Part shown: positions 45,103-45,366 of the stretch, one piece after another | How positions within the stretch are numbered: position 1 is the first letter of the stretch | Layout: each line of letters begins with the position of its first letter | Assembly (NCBI GenBank): GCA_048882325.1 | Contig: JBHLRS010000025.1 | Span: forward strand, 1-45,366 | Direction of reading: 5' to 3' | DNA: 45,366 bases | Origin: Candidatus Thorarchaeota archaeon | GTDB taxonomy: Archaea > Asgardarchaeota > Thorarchaeia > Thorarchaeales > Thorarchaeaceae | Notes under the pieces: model-generated | Told to the model about the DNA's origin: nothing | Seen by the model: the letters and a program-made list of their open reading frames with translations, nothing else | Database searches by the model: none | Position numbers and translations under genes: made by a program

Positions 45103-45366
45103 ACCGATGCAGCGGGCAGGGCGGGCCGTTTGCCGCGGTCGAGACCACATGGCACTAGTGGCGTCAGTAACCCCGTGGAGGATGAAACCCGACCACGATG
45201 GGTTTCGCTGTGGGACTGTGATTGGCAGTCTCTGGAGTCTGTTACGGGTATAGCAACACTCGTAGGTTTGTTGTGATTACCTTAAACTTCCGAACCGGGT
45301 CAGGCCCTGGCGGGAACAGCCCTAAGGATGAGTAGTGGAGCCCCAGAGGGCGCTGCCTTGAGAAAC
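45103..45366 (+). ncRNA. ffs: Archaeal SRP RNA (7S), 3' end beyond window
   Basis: Helix 8 CCGAACCGGGTCAGGCCC-TGGC-GGGAACAGCCCTAAGG; helix 5 GGCAGTCTCTGG / CCAGAGGGCGCTGCC; Alu helix GCAGCGGG/TTCGCTGT; TTTTTA box at 45079-45084; 5' end approximate. Confidence 0.85.

Noticed and set aside
45049-45276. 75-aa ORF after aIF5B
   Set aside because: Overlaps the SRP RNA; no protein motifs
1-45366. CRISPR arrays, transposases, integrases, rRNA
   Set aside because: None seen; remaining short ORFs in the track are antisense or out-of-frame shadows of assigned genes

Overview
Core-genome window from an archaeon, most likely an Asgard archaeon (Thorarchaeia-like). That placement is inferred from PolD, a eukaryote-like STT3/AglB, an OSTC/DC2-like protein, Elf1, an Arf-like small GTPase and a PAC4-like protein; no search was run. 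It is densely coding. Translation and transcription clusters: rpl44e-rps27e-aIF2a-nop10; rpoD-rpl18e-rpl13-rps9-rpoN-rps2; rpl7ae-rps28e-rpl24e, ndk, aIF5B. Replication and repair: topA, XPD, RadB, DP2, multi-OB RPA, Lhr. Metabolism: gcvT/gcvH-folP-mptE, an archaeal mevalonate operon (mvk, UbiD-type decarboxylase, AcnX large and small subunits), carS and egsA. RNA genes: tRNA-Pro(CGG) with a 30-nt T-loop intron and an SRP RNA truncated by the window edge. Main observations: (1) a ~720-bp integrase-less islet at the tRNA-Pro 3' end whose distal att-like copy matches the SPLICED, intron-less tRNA; (2) candidate subunits of a eukaryote-like multi-subunit oligosaccharyltransferase; (3) an SRP RNA with an expanded Alu domain and non-canonical helix-8 motifs; (4) a structured, possibly switchable K-turn-like leader before the rpoD operon; (5) a K-turn over the rpl7ae ribosome-binding site. 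All family assignments come from recognising motifs from memory.
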